Positions 37,546 through 51,480 are shown, counted from the first letter of the stretch. The stretch is DNA of 64,000 nucleotides from Somniosus microcephalus (GCA_052327205.1 CM126213.1:25172001-25236000); one strand, 5' to 3'. Notes: a model not told the origin generated them from the sequence alone. Numbers and translations: made by a program.

Positions 37546-38910
37546 ACTAATGGTGACTGTGTTTTCAACAATAGTTTTTATTTAAAACTACCTTGAAGCC
37601 AGGGTGATGAAAATTGCCCAAACTGAGAGTTTTTAATCACTCCAGCACATTACTCAAAAGAATTTCTTTTACGTTCCTCTGAGCATAAATGGAAGCAAGT
37701 ACTCATTGGGTCATCTTATTTTGTGTTCAAAGTGAACTCTGTTTAACTTGTACCAGATGATTTTCCACTCGACTGAGTCATTATCCTATTCTGTGATGCA
37801 GAGTTGTTAATTTCTGTAATCTATTAAGTCCTTTATTTGTAGATTGTGATGTGTGAGATTACATATTGTGAGGTACCTGTTTTAGCTTTAAGATGTGTAA
37901 CAGTAAAGGTTTGGGTGTTGGAACTAAAGTCACATAATGCGAGGTTGATATTTGGCTACAGATATCACTGGTATTTCCAACCTGCATAACTTGAGACTTT
38001 GAAATAGTGAATAATTTGTATTCACCATCCCTGAATGCATATTGTAAAAAGTACAGGTAAAAAGCACTTCTTAAAATTTGACAAATTTTAAGCTTATTTT
38101 GCTAATCCTGTTACCTAATCAGTACATTGTTGGAGTTGGATGAAGCAAAAATTTGACCTGGAGCTCATCCTAATCCGAGTGGTTTTTGAAAACTTGACTG
38201 AAACATTCAAAGACATACTCGTTACACAGATCTACGACTTCTGGTGGGGTGGGGGGGCAACGGGGGGGGGGAGGTACAACTTGAAGTAAATCATTCTGAC
38301 ATTCAGTTTTACTGCTAGTCTTACAATACGCATTCTTTCGCCCAGAACACTTGCATGTTTGCCTTAAGTAACTCCAGATATGTTGCAAGAAATTTCAAGA
38401 GGGGGTTTTGTTTAAAAAAAAAAGCTTCCAGATGTAGAGGCCGAATCCTTTTGAAACAAAGTTCCCTCGGCATCCTTTTCATCTGCCGGCAGATAATTAC
38501 AGCGGTCGGCTTCCATTTTCAAGCTTCTAAGGGGCAGGGACGCCTATGCAGGGTATCAGTCAATCTGTAAAGGGTCTTATAGTCTCGACAGGAAATAGAG
38601 CGGCACTCAAACTGCAGAGATTAATTGGGTAACCGTTCTTAGCTGGTTGATGAAAATTACTGCGGGTTATTCGGCCCACGTTTTGGGGTCGCTCTTTCTT
38701 AAATAGGAATTTGCAGTTTTAAGAGCGATTTCCAGGAAATGAAGAAGCTGTTCTGTTAGATTTCGTCCAACGCTTTTTCTTTTTTTTAAACCTCTGCAGC
38801 CGTTAATCGGTTTGATGGGTTCTGTTGCACAACTATTAGTGTTAAGTTTGACCTTTTGAACTGTGACCACCATTACAGGAAGCTGTACAAGAAATGGCGA
38901 CAGATAGCAG

Positions 38911-39036
38911 TTGAGACTTTTAATGCCGAACCATTACACAACAATATTGGTAACGTGGATGAGTGTCATTTTCATTCTGTATATTAGATTGTAGTTTCAA
39001 ATTTGAGCTTTATAATGGGGCGACGTACTCTTGGAT
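38911..39036 (+). repeat. Local diverged duplication, copy 1 (copy 2 at 40690-40868)
   Basis: Shared blocks ttgagacttt / aaccattacacaaca / tattggt / tttcattct / agattgt / tttcaaatttgagcttt.taatgggg.ga.gtact. Confidence 0.7.
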
Positions 39037-39074
39037 AGCCTGCACACTCTCGAACAGTCTGCTCTGAATCTCTC

Positions 39075-39425
39075 TATCGTAGAATAGTACAGCACAGAAG
39101 GAGGCCATTCAGCCCATCGAGTCTGCGCCGGCTCTTTCGAAGAGCAATCCAGTTAGTCCCACTCCCTCGCTCTTTCCTCATATCTCTGGAAATTTTTTCT
39201 CCTTCAAGTATTTATCCAATTCCCCTTTGAAGGCTACTATTGAATCTGCGTCCCCCACCCTGTCGGGCAGTGCATCCAAATCCTAACCACATGTTGCGTA
39301 AAAATGTTTTCCCTCATGTCGCCTCTGGTTCTTTTGCCAAATACCTTAAATCTGTGCCCTCTGGTTATTGACCCTTCAGCCATTGGAAACAGTTTCTCTT
39401 TATTTACTCTGTCTGAACCCTTCAT
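39075..39425 (-). mobile_element. CR1 LINE 3' fragment
   Basis: ORF 39237..39425 (-) MKGSDRVNKEKLFPMAEGSITRGHRFKV. Confidence 0.85.
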
Positions 39426-40689
39426 AACGCTACAGTTATCTGAACTGTCCTGTTCAGATTTGTCTCTTTTTTTTGTTGCCCCGGCTCTGGTGCAGTGAAA
39501 GTTCTTTGTTACCTGTCATGGCAGTGACATGGTTCCGCTCGGAAACCTTGTGTAACAGGCCTACCCATTAGTGCATATCTTCATTTCCCGAATTATGTTA
39601 AGTCAATGAAAATCAGATTGACAGGTGTTGATGAAAGCCTGCTGTTCTGTATGTTGAGGAACTGCTGTCACAAGAGCCCTCGTTAATGGGTGGGGGGTGG
39701 GTTAGATTCTTCTAAACATGCTTGAAATGCTGCTTTCAAAAAAAAAAACAAAAAAAAAATAGTTCTAATTCTGGGTTACATCATTTAGATGCTAGCACAT
39801 ATTCTCAAATGTTTTCAATGACAATTTCCTCATAGAAAAACAGCAGTTATGTTACAAAAGAAATTCTTTTAACATTTTTAATAAAACCTGAAGTTAAGGG
39901 ATTCCTGATTAATTTTCCTGTCTACAGAATGCAACCTATTATGGATATATAATGAAGTGGCTGTGATGCAGCCAATAATTTAAAAACTGGTTGTTGCTGA
40001 CCCATTTCACTTACCCTTTCAGACAGAAGAATTATCCGAGTTTCTCCTTCTACAGTACAGAGAAGGGAGTGACCATTTCCATGTTCTTGGGCTTTTTGGA
40101 ATGGATTATTGAAATAATTGGATACCCTTTTGCAAGGGTTGTTTGAGAAACAAAGCAAGTTTTCAATTGGAACATGAGTTGCAGCACTGACCTTTCGAAC
40201 ATTATGAAGCCTTTGCTCTGCCTCTTGCCTCGTAAGTAACGTGGGGAGTGTTAATTATACTTCTGTTCCCCAAACTGCAGCTATGAAGAACCCTAGTCAT
40301 TAGAACTAAAGGGTTGTTCTGGCTGTGAACATATCTGGCATTAAGATAAATTTGATCACACTCCTGATGCTTGACGTTGTGCCACTTAAGATTTGCTTCA
40401 ACAGGATCTAAATGATGCAGTGGACTGAAAACACCCAAGGGCTTCATTTAGAGCGTATTCCTTTGGGCGAGATTTGAGGGTCAGTAGGCTTTAACAACTT
40501 AATGGACACAAGTAAGAGAACTAAATGGTTCAAGTGTAACCATGTTGAACTTGACAAGTAGGCGGTGTCATTAGTATTTATTGGCATCCAATAAAGTTAA
40601 GCCTTTGTCTGTGAATGAAAACTGCTGCCATAGATGCAAACCTTTCTCTCTCTATAGATAAGATTGCTTGGGAATAGTTAGTTGCTAAA

Positions 40690-40868
40690 TTGAGACTTTC
40701 AAGCAAAACCATTACACAACACAGTATTGGTGTTATCACTGGAATTTAGGTAAAGTGAGCGAGCAGCAGTTTCATTCTATTTCTACCTGATCTGAAACAT
40801 CTAGCAGTATGTATTAAGATTGTCCTTTCAAATTTGAGCTTTGTAATGGGGTGAAGTACTGTTGGTTA
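40690..40868 (+). repeat. Local diverged duplication, copy 2
   Basis: Same ordered blocks as 38911-39036 with two extra internal segments. Confidence 0.7.
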
Positions 40869-40886
40869 CAGATCGGTCCTTGTGGT

Positions 40887-41039
40887 CAATGTTCCCTGTA
40901 ATTTTTGTTTTCTTTGCGCGGGCCCTTTAACTGACTGAGCAGCCCATTCAGATCTTCGCACATGCGCAGTTATTCCCATTAAAAAGCCGGTGAGCGGCCT
41001 GCGTGGGACCTCCAGCCATGCAGCTTAACGGGAGCTTTG
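40887..41039. mobile_element. hAT-type MITE (~153 bp)
   Basis: Left TIR CAATGTTCCCTGTAA, degenerate right TIR TTAACGGGAGCTTTG; 8-bp flanks CTTGTGGT / CTTTTGGT (7/8 identical), as expected for a hAT TSD. Confidence 0.75.
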
Positions 41040-42084
41040 CTTTTGGTGAGTGATTTGGGGTGATGAATTAAGAGCAGCGTACAAGAAGCACACCACACGA
41101 TGATGTTTTCTTGCAGTGTATTGGTACCAATAAGTTAAGTAAGCCCAATGATAACATTGCAGTGTATACCTTTCAAATGACTTGACAAAAGTGCTAGAAA
41201 CTGCTGTCATTTGAGGTGTGTTTGTGAAAATGGGCCAAGTGAGGTTTAAGCATTGAATTTGTTTGCAGACCCTGAAGGGACCTAGTCATGGCTTGTGGGA
41301 CAAAATCATGTGGTCAGTAGTAGGAGCATTGCATATATGATCAGTAAATGCCAGGTTCCATAGCTGAGTCTGTTTTAATGGTAGGAAGGTTATGATGTTT
41401 GTTTCAGCAGGTCCCAAGAGCCTTAGTGGTGGTGCAACTTTGTTCAGCATATTTATTATCACAGCGCCTACTTTAAGAAAGAGAGTAATATAAGCGGCCA
41501 ACGTGAGAGACAGCTTTGTTTCAATGTATTTATTTTGGTGAGGAATTGGGTCAAAAGGCCCTTAATGTCCTCCTTGGATTACCGGTTAGATGATACTAGC
41601 ACGTGGCTCCCTGTTGTAGACTGTTAAACTGCACAGGAGACCGTATCGATCAATTTTCACAACACTTGTGCCATGCTGTGAAATGTTGAATGTGGAGATG
41701 AATGGTGAAAATCTGATTAACGAGGCCCTCTAATAATTCATTATATTTAGTTCTATTATGTGATGGCACCAGGGAATTTTTTTTTTTTTAATTCATTCCT
41801 GGGATGTGGGTGTCGCTGGCAAGGCCAGCATTTATTGCCCATCCCTAATTGCCCTTGAGAAGGTGATGGTGAGCTGCCTTCTTGAACCGCTGCAGTCCGT
41901 GTGGTGAAGGTACTCCCACAGTGCTAGCTTAATTTATAGCTTAAGTTCAGAAACCAGAGAAGTGCAAAGTCTGGATGAAGTAACTTTGAGCCCCAAGTAG
42001 CAACAATATCAACAGTAAAAAGTGCTCCAATATTATAAATTTTGAGATGTTTTGCACATGTACCTGTTTAAAATATTCAATTAA

Positions 42085-42583
42085 TTTTATTTGTCATATA
42101 TGCAGCAAACGTGTGTACTGCACAATGAAATGTTGATTTTTGAGTCCTCCCAACATTGGAATAAATATGGTATAGCAATGATAAAAATACTAATAGAAAT
42201 ACTGTAATAAATAAAACAGTAATAAATAATAAATTATTCATTCATGAGTCTTATGGCCTGGGGGTAGAAGCTGTTTTGAAACCTGCTGGTACGAGACCAT
42301 ATGTTTCAGTATCTCTTACCGGATGGGAGCAGGGCGGAGAGGTTGTGGCTGGGGTGGCTCGCGTCTTTAATGATTCTCGGGGCCTTCTCCCGGTACCTCC
42401 TCGGGGTAGATATCCTGCACAGCAGGTAGTTTAATTCCTATAGTGTGTTGTGCAGCTTTCACCACCATCTGTAGAGCCTTGCGGTCTGTGGCGGTGCAGT
42501 TGCCATACCAGGTAGTGATGCAGCCGGACAGGATACTCTCGATGGTGCACCGGTAGAAGTTGGTGAGAATCTGGGGGGCCATT
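42085..42583 (-). mobile_element. Rex1/Babar LINE 3' fragment
   Basis: ORF 42367..42582 ILTNFYRCTIESILSGCITTWYGNCT (DUF1891-like region), then ...RFQNSFYPQAIRLMN and a tail ending atatgacaaataaa. Confidence 0.8.
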
Positions 42584-45519
42584 CATAAGACAAATATTGA
42601 CTTATAAGGTGCGAGCACAACCCAATGATAAATCTGTTTCTCATTTACCGTTACAGTTGAACCTTATTGAAGGTACTAACTTTCTAAAAAATGCCCTAAG
42701 GCTTGGTGTACAAGATGCATATTAATGCGTTTTTTAAAAATGTGTTCTTGGGGTGTGGATGGCACTGGCAAGGCAGTATTTGTTGCCCATTTCTAGTTGC
42801 CCTGAAGGCATTAAGAGTCAACTACGTAGTGGGGGACGAGAGTCACATGTAGACCAGACCGGGTCGGTATGGCCAATCTCTTCCCCGAGAGACATTAGTG
42901 AACCAGTGCAGTTTTTTTTTAAAACAATCTTGTAGCTTTCATGGTCACTTTATCTTGTGTCAGCCCACAAGATGAATTCAATTTCACAATATGCCATGGT
43001 GGTATTGAACTTCTGACCTGTGGCTTGATAGTCGAGTACCATAACCATTAGGCTACCTTTGATAAACTCTAAATATAGATGAGTGATTTGGACACCTGTG
43101 AAATGCATAAGACTTTTATTGAAATTGATTCTGTAAAATGAAGATATTAAGTTTGACTTATACACTGAATGCTGTAATACTCCTGTTTAATGGCACTAAT
43201 TGCTAACTAGTAAATATACTGGCTGTTGTCTTAATCCACCAGGTAGACCAGAACAATCTCATTTCAACCCAGTTGCTGCCAAGTTAGTGGATTTTAGCCA
43301 GGGTGACATTAAGGCTTGTGCAATTGCCCTCAGCACCTCTGGCTAGAGTTAAGAAATGAGGCCGATTCCCACTGCTGATGGGCCACTACATGGAACGCGC
43401 TTGCATGAGGATCAAGCGGACAGAGGATTCAGTTCAATTGTCATACCTCCATGCTGGGGCAGCCTGTCAATACTAGCTGTCGTGGACAATGGCCACTGGG
43501 GTGAGGCACCCTGGGTTGTCTGACACCGATGGAACAATACCCCAAGCATGAGTCAGTGCCATCAAGCAACGTTATATTAGAACTCTGAATTTACAGCAGC
43601 AACGTGCATTTATATAGCACCTTTTAATGTAGTGTAAGTCCCAATTTAATCCTGAATTATGCTTCGATTTGGTACCCCTCTATCTGTACTGCTCTGTTCC
43701 CCACCCAATCAATGAAGATAACTGAATTTAAATGTTGGTTATGGCAGACATTTTTTTTTCATATAAAACTATGATCTTTTGAATGTTGGGGTCTCAAAAA
43801 TATACTTTGTCAGAAAGATTTAACTGGATATGGGGCCAGGGTGGTGATTTTTCAATATAAAAACACTTGCATTTTATGTAGAGCCTTACAAAAGAAAATC
43901 TCTTGGCAACCTCTCCAACTGCTTCGCATACACTGCCTTGCGCTGACGTGCAGTCACCATTATTGTAAGTAAGTGCAGCAGCCATTTTGTGCACAGCAGA
44001 ATCCCGCCAGCAGCTGATGTGTGTGGTGGTGTTGGGTGAAGAAGAAATCTGGGCCCTGCTGTTCAAATAATGCCGTGGGATAAATTTTTGGGACCGGCCA
44101 GATGAACTGCAGAGTCTTTTCCAGCCCTACACATTACAGTGTTCCTATCTTATTAACTTAAAGCAGCAGAACAAGTTGACAGCACTTCTTGACAATGCAG
44201 CAGTCAGCCCTGCTTCATTGGGGTGTCAGCCTAAAACTATATGTTGAAGTCTGGTTGTGAGGCTTGAGCATTGGCAACTGAACCGAACAAGAGTGATAAC
44301 CGAACAAGTGATGCCCAATCACCGAAGACTATGTCGGAACTTAGTAATTAAAATGTTGTGATTTTTTTAAAGTTATTTCCACATTTCATCTGTTGAAATC
44401 TCACCTTTTTATTTTTTACTGCAACTATTTCACTACCATATAGTTGGTTAATCCGGTGGTAAATTTGTCGCTCCTTTTTGCATATGTTCCCCCTATATTC
44501 CCCCGCCCAGCAAGAAAAAGCCGACTGATCTCATTCTCTTCTGAGCCAGATCCTCTTTCCTCCCCTCCCCCCCCCCCCCCCCCCCCCAAAACCCCAACCC
44601 CAGCCATCAAATTTATCCTGGCATTCTGAAGAGACGCAAGGTTTCTCCAAATTCTGAACTTTACTGCTAAAGTTCCCTTTTTCAGGGCGTAACTCACTTC
44701 TGTAGGCCGCTATGAAGCCTGTGTACAAGTTCTGGTGTGCTGTATATTGCAGTGCGGGTACATAACCCAGTCTTTGCTGTGTAAATCTTCTGCCTTGTGA
44801 AACTCCGTGACATTCCGCTGGTTTTGATGGTGTGCTGTGACTTTTGATTACTGTAAATTACTATTTGCATTTTACTCAAACTAAAACTGCTTTTTTGTTC
44901 TAGTGACCACAGAATTAAAGCATAACTTTCCATTAACCTTATACCTCAAAAGTTTACAACCAATATATACAAACATAAGGTTCAGGTCATTCAACGCTTT
45001 TCACAGGAGTACATGGAGTACTCTGGGGAATGAAGCCCGAGTCTCTACATGCCTGCCAATAAAAATATTGGAGAAGAATCAGTTTTTTAGGAATGTTTCT
45101 TTGAGTTGGATGGAGCTGTGCTGTGAGTATGGGTTAGATGTACAGTGACCCCCTGTTAAGAGTATCCTAGTTTCCTAAGCAAAATGTTCTTTGAATAGAA
45201 GTGTTTAATGTGAATTGCAATTGATTCGGGCTTTAAAAGGTGTTTTTTTTTTTTTTGAACAAGCTATTAGAACAGATAAGAATGCATTACTAATTGTTTC
45301 AAAGCCTACCTTTAAAGATATTCTACCATATTCTTATCATTCTGTTAAACTAATGCTTTGTATGTTAAATGAGTACTTTATACTGTTAAATAAATACTTT
45401 GTATCTGTTGTCTGTGGAGGAAGATGTGAAAATACCAACGGTTCAAGGGAACCTAAAAATAAGTTGAAAGGAAGTTAATTGGATTTAATACATGTATTTC
45501 TTTTAATGGTAATGGTGAA

Positions 45520-46830
45520 AATAATGGGACTTAAGATACACAAATCTCCAGGACATGATGGTTTCCATCTAAAGGTATTAAAAGAAATAGGTACGGCAAA
45601 CGAGGTAACTACAGTCCTGTCAATTTAATATCGGTTGTGGGGAAGTTACTTGAATCTGTCATCAGGGACAGAGTGACTCAGTTTTTGAGCAAGTATGAGT
45701 TGATCAGAGAGTCAACATGGATTTGTGACGGATAGGTCATGTCTGTCAAACCCATTTTGATTTTTTGCGGACGTCACTAGCATGGTCGTTAGGGAGTGTC
45801 TATGGAGGTTGTCTGTATGGACTTCCAGAAGGCATTTAATAAGGTTCCACACGAGGGATTATTAGCAAAAATAAGAGCGCATGGAATTGGAGGTAACCTT
45901 GTGACATGAGTCGGTAATTGGTTGGGAGGTAGGAGGCAGAGTATGGACAAAGGATTTGTTCTGATTGGCGGGCTGTGAGAAGTGGTGTTCCCCAGGGATC
46001 TGTACTGGGGCCTCTGCTTTTCACTATTATATTAATTAATGACTTGAGAAGGAGTAGAGTTGTATCTCCCAAGTTTGCAGATAACACTAAGGAGGCACAG
46101 TAAGTTGTATCGATGGGAGGAGGAAGTTACAAAGGAACATTGACAGATTAAGTGGGGAAAAACTATGGCAGATGGATTTCATTGTGGGGAAGTGTGAGGT
46201 CATCCACTTTGGATCTGAGAAAGACAGATGATCAAAAAGGTTAATTGGATGTTGTCCTTTATCTCAAGGGCGTTGGAATTCAAAAGTGAGTAAGTGTTGT
46301 TTCAGTTGTGTAGAGCTTTTGTCAGACCCCATCGAGTACTGCATTAAGTTTTGTGCACCAAACCTCAGTTCTTGGATTCACCAGAATGTTGCCCGAGCTT
46401 AAAAGGTTAAATTATAAGGGCAGATTGCATAAACGTGTTTTGTATTCCCTCGCATTTAGAAGGTTATGGGGTGATCTAATCAAGGTGTTTAAAATGATTA
46501 CGGGATTCGTTGGGTAGATACAGAGAAACAATTTCCTCTGGTGGGGGAATCCAGAACAAGAGAGCATTATCTTAAAATTCCAGCTCGGCCATTTAGGCCT
46601 GAAGTCAGAAAGCACTTTTTCCACACAAAGGGTAGTGGAAATCTGGAACACGTTCTCTCCAATGGCTGTGGATGCTTGGGTCAACTGAGATTTTGTTAGG
46701 TATGGGTATCAAGGGATATGGAACAAAGACGGCTCAATGGAGTTCAGGTGTAGATCAGCTCTGATTTAATTGAAATGGGGAACAGGCTTGAGGGGCTGAA
46801 TGGCCTACTCCCGTTCTTATTTTCTATGAC
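45520..46830 (+). mobile_element. Old degenerate CR1 LINE
   Basis: KSPGHDG, QHGF, YMDFQKAFNKVPH, GVPQGSVLGPLLF, KFADN and a CR1 3' UTR, with many frameshifts. Confidence 0.85.
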
Positions 46831-48924
46831 GGTGTAAGCTGTAGCAATTTCCACAGACACAATCAATGACCGGAGGTACTTGAGTTGTGCAAAAAGAGAT
46901 CGTTCAATCTGTGTTACTACATCCTTATCAAAATCGATTTGAATCTCAGTCTTGGACTGAGTACAGTATTACGGTTTTGAGAGTCTGGTGCTGTCGTAAC
47001 TAACTCGCAAGATGAGTAGAGAGGAAATATTTGCATTTATGTAATGCCTTATCACAACATGTGGCTGTCCCGAAGCATTTCAGAACCAGTGGATTAATTT
47101 TCAAGTGCATTGTTTCATGTGGACAAACACTGCAGTCAGTTGGTGCAAAGCAAGGTTCCACAAATAACACACAAATGAACTATTAAGTAATTTGTTTTTT
47201 GGTGATGTTGGTTGAGGAAGAAATGTTGGCCAGGGCACCAGGAGAACGCCCTGTTCTTCAAATAAGTGTAATGGGATGTTTTTTTCATCCACCTAAACAG
47301 GGAGACGGTCCTCTGTCTAATGTCTCATCCGAATGACAGAACCCCTGACAATGCAGCATTCCTTCAGTGCTACACTGAAATGTCAGCCTTGATTATGTGC
47401 TCTCAAGTCCATAGTCAGGCTTGAATCCACAATCTTCTGACTTGGGTGATAGTGCTTCCAACCGAGCCAAGCTGACACGAGTACTGCTGATATTCCTGTA
47501 ACCATGTTTAAAACCAGGACTTCAGTTTTGTTCTGTTCTTCTTTAACCATATTATTGGCAGATTGAAGTACCAGCATTTGAAATGCTTGTTTTCCTGTTT
47601 TGTTTCCCAAAATACAGGTAATAGGTGTAACTTTATCTTGATGTTGCAAACATATCATTTAAGATTGCAGAGCTCAAAGTTTCAGATTAAATTTCAAATA
47701 CTTACTCTAACCCTGATTGTGCCAACAACATAAAAAATTCAAACTGTCTCCATAAAATTGTATAAAAAGTCACGTTTAAAGGACGTAGTCCGCCTTGAGT
47801 TTCATGTGTGTTGATCTGTTTTTGCAGGTGAACCCCGTTGTTTTGCTGCCTGTAACCCAACCTAGCGTATGTGTTCTCTTTATATACTGTGCGTCATATT
47901 TATTGATGTTCCTAGGTGGCATGTAGCAGACCACTTTATGGTTAGGGTGCATGTGCTCATGTCTGGGGAGGGAAACATCAACAAGAACTGACCTCTCTCA
48001 ACCTGCCGAGTGCACTCGAGGGCTGTAACTTTACCTGCAAACAGTGCGTGGGAAGTTGAAAACGATACTACCCTAATACAAGTTCTGGCGCCAGAACTAT
48101 GAGGGTGTAAGATCTTGGGCAATACAATTGCATAGTGACATAAAAGATATCAAATCACTTGGCTGAAACTCTCAACTACAATCATGATTAATGGTCCCAG
48201 GCTTTAAATTGCTTCAACTTGTACGCCCTTGTGTTTAACAAAGACCTCTTTACTGTATATGCATTCATGTTCTCTCTATGGTTTTATAAAGTCCATCAGT
48301 TTTTGGCAAAAGAATAGAGTACTTTTTCTTTCCCCCTCCCGAAAGAATACGGTTAAGAAAATTGACTCTTTTGGAAGTCTACCTGAATTCTTAAAGCCAC
48401 TTTCTGAAAATGTTGACACATGCACAACATCCAAATCACATATATACAATATACATAAACTGACGTGTTGTATATTTTTAACCCTTAAGCTGTTAACAGG
48501 CCATGGGAAATGCAGTGTCTCCATCAAAAAAAAAACCCACAAATCTGCTAAATTACTTTTTTGCACCTTTTTAGATGCCTGCAAAAGAAGATTCTCCAAG
48601 ATAGACACATCAAGGCTCTTCCCCTGCCCCCCCCCCCCCCCCCCCGCCTCACCTAAAAGTTTCCTATAAATTTACAAACTTGGCTCCAATAACTCCTGCC
48701 CTTTCCCCTATCCTTTCCCATAAACTGCCTGATGTGTACCCTACTAGGCCTCTGAGCAACTTGGATTCCGGAATACATTCTTCCCCCCCCTCTCCTCTCC
48801 CCTCCCACCCTCCAAAAATAAATATGTCTGCATACGCTAACCAGCTAGTTGACCACAAGTGAGACTTCATTCCCTGGAGACGTATCTGCAAGTTGACCGC
48901 GTTGTCAACCTGTGCTCGCTGACC

Positions 48925-49330
48925 CACATTGACTCCTAGTTAAGCAACGCCTCGATTTAAAAATTCTCATCCTTGTTTTCAAATCCCTCCATGGCCTCGC
49001 CCCACTCTATCCCTGTAATCTCCTCCATCCCCACAACTCCGAGATATCAGCGCTCTTTCAATTCTGGCCTCTCAAGCATCTCTGATTTTAATCGCACAAT
49101 TGTTGGCCGTGCCTTCAGCTGCCAAGGCCCTAAGCTCTGGAATTCCTGCCCTAAATCTCTCTGCCTCTCCACCTCTTTCCTCCTTTAAGACGGTCCTTAA
49201 AACCTACCTGCTTGACCAAGCATCTGCCATAATTTCTCCTTGTGTCTCGGTGTCAAATTTTGTTTTATAACTCTCCTGTGAAGCGCCTTGGGACGTTTAC
49301 TATGTTAAAGGTGCTATATAAATACTTGTT
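48925..49330 (+). mobile_element. L2 LINE 3' end
   Basis: ORF2 C-terminal remnant (RTIVGRAFSCQGPKLWNS.P), tail gtgaagcgccttgggacg...gtgctatataaatacttgttg. Confidence 0.8.
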
Positions 49331-49332
49331 GA

Positions 49333-49665
49333 TGTAATAAAACTCACCGCACTTGGTTTGAGCATAAAGCAAGGCTTTAATCAACTTGTTTCAGAACATG
49401 GAGGTCTAGTTGTATTTCACTAGCTCCTTGTCTTTACAAAATGTCCCTGGCAAGCTGGGGCCAATGGCCAAGTATTTATACTCCTTGGACGGCGCCACCA
49501 GCTGGCCGTCCAGTGTTATTTCATAGGTAGTTTCTCGATGATGAGATTTGACACGTTGTTGTAGGGATAGCATGGTCAGAGAAACATAGGATAGCAACCA
49601 GGCCAGAAGTGTAACTGTATAGCAAAGCCAGTCACTGTACAACTGTGGAGAGGGAGAGTTATAAA
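49333..49665 (-). mobile_element. Possible solo-LTR-like segment
   Basis: Begins TGTAA on the + strand; the minus strand has TATAAATA (~49473-49480) and downstream ATTAAA (~49376-49381); the other terminus is unclear. Confidence 0.25.
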
Positions 49666-51044
49666 CCAAGAGGGAAGTAACTTGCAATTCCATATAACGC
49701 CTTGTCACATCATCACGATTTCCCAAAGTGTTTTGTATAAAGTGAATTGATTTTTTTGAGGTGTAGTTGCTGTTATGTAGTAAAAACAACCAACCAATTT
49801 GCCATGGGATTATTTTAAGAACACAAACAGGCAGCTGGGGTCTCAATTTTACATCTCATCCAGAGATGACAACGAATGGAATGAGTTCACTGCGTGAAAG
49901 GCTTTGAGGCAAAGGAACCAAGCTGAGAGTGAGCAAGGGCTCCACTCAACACAATGTGTTGAGCCCTGTCCACCTTGAGCAAGACCGCAAGGTGATAAAA
50001 TGAAGTATTTTGTTCATGGTGTATTTTTGTCCCGTCTTTTCTCCAGTATTTTTTAATTTAAAACCAATTTTGAATAAAGAAATAGCCTGTTATCGCAGTG
50101 TACCCACTCAGACAAGCCGGCTGAGATGAGACATATTGGCTTTAATGTGTTAATTGCAAAGCCGTTTGTGTTGATTTCACCAGAAGCTTGCTTCGGTCCA
50201 GGTATGGTCAAATGCGGTTGCAGCAAGGCAAAGGATTTTTGGCTCTTGCCTAGTAGCCAGAATATGCTGTCACTCCATGGGGTAGGGGCTACAGATATTT
50301 TCTCTATCCTCAAGTGTATAATGACCGTTAACTTTATTTGAGTCTGAAGGGCATGTATTTGATTTCCTTTTGTTCCTGGTCAAATTTCAGAGGTGATGGA
50401 AAAGATATCTGACAGCCTTGCAGCAGTTCAATTCTCTGAGACCATCAAGATAGGAGCTAGAGACTTGGGTCCAGCAAAGTCCCACATACAGACACTGATC
50501 TAGGCCTAATATTGCTTCTGTGTTTTAATAAACCTGTTGTGTAGGATATAGCCTAAACCACAAGCCGATGGCGTTCATTCGACCACTTTCTGAAGTCTAG
50601 ATCATTGTAATGGAGCTGGTGGCATATCCAGTAAGATAAATACAGCTGTGAGGATTTTAGTTTAATCCCTGGGCTCACTACATTACCAGGTTTTGTGTTT
50701 ATAAAACCACACACCAATTTGTAGGGAGCAAGGGATTGCTGACGGGAATGGTCTTTGCACCAAGCAAGAGAAATGCAAGTAAAACCCACGAATGTAATCA
50801 GGAAATCAACTAAGTTTTTTTTTTAAACACTTAATTCTTACTTCCCTTATTTGCTCTCCCCTCTCTCCCTTAGTCAACCTCTCTTTCTGTGTAACCTAAT
50901 TTATCTAATGTAACTTCCCCCTGTTTTTTTCCTGGCTCCAATAACCAAAATTAATCTTTGGTTCAAATACCAAAACTGCAAAGGTCAATAGGGTGGCACA
51001 CTCGGGTAGGGGTTAGGCCAAGTACAGAAGAAATTTATCATTAT

Positions 51045-51480
51045 ATCATAGAATCGTATACATTTACAGCACAGGAGGCCATTCGGCCCTTGTCCGCCCC
51101 GGCCGACAGAGCTATCCACCCTAATCCCACTTTCCAGCTCTTGGCCCGTAGCCTTGTAGGTTACGGCACTTCAAGTGAATATCCAAACACTTTCTAAATG
51201 TGTTGAGGGTTTCTGCCTCTACCACCCTTTCAGGCAGTGAGTTCCAGACCCCCACCACCCTCTGGGTGAAAACATCTCTCCTCAACTCCCCTCTTAACCT
51301 CCGACCAATTACTTTAAATCTATCCCCCCTGGTTATTGACCCTTCTGCTAAGGGGAATGGGTCCTTCCTATCCACTCTATCTAGGTCCCTCATAATTTTA
51401 TACACCTCAATTAGGTCTCCCCTCAGCCGCCTCTGTTCCAAAGAAAACAACCCAGCCTATCCAATCTTTCCTCATAGCCT
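51045..51480 (-). mobile_element. CR1 LINE 3' fragment
   Basis: ORF 51121..51450 (-) FSLEQRRLRGDLIEVYKIM...GYGPRAGKWD. Confidence 0.9.

Noticed and set aside
37600-37630. C/D box snoRNA (GTGATGA ... CTGA)
   Set aside because: The boxes are only about 12 nt apart, with no terminal stem or guide region.
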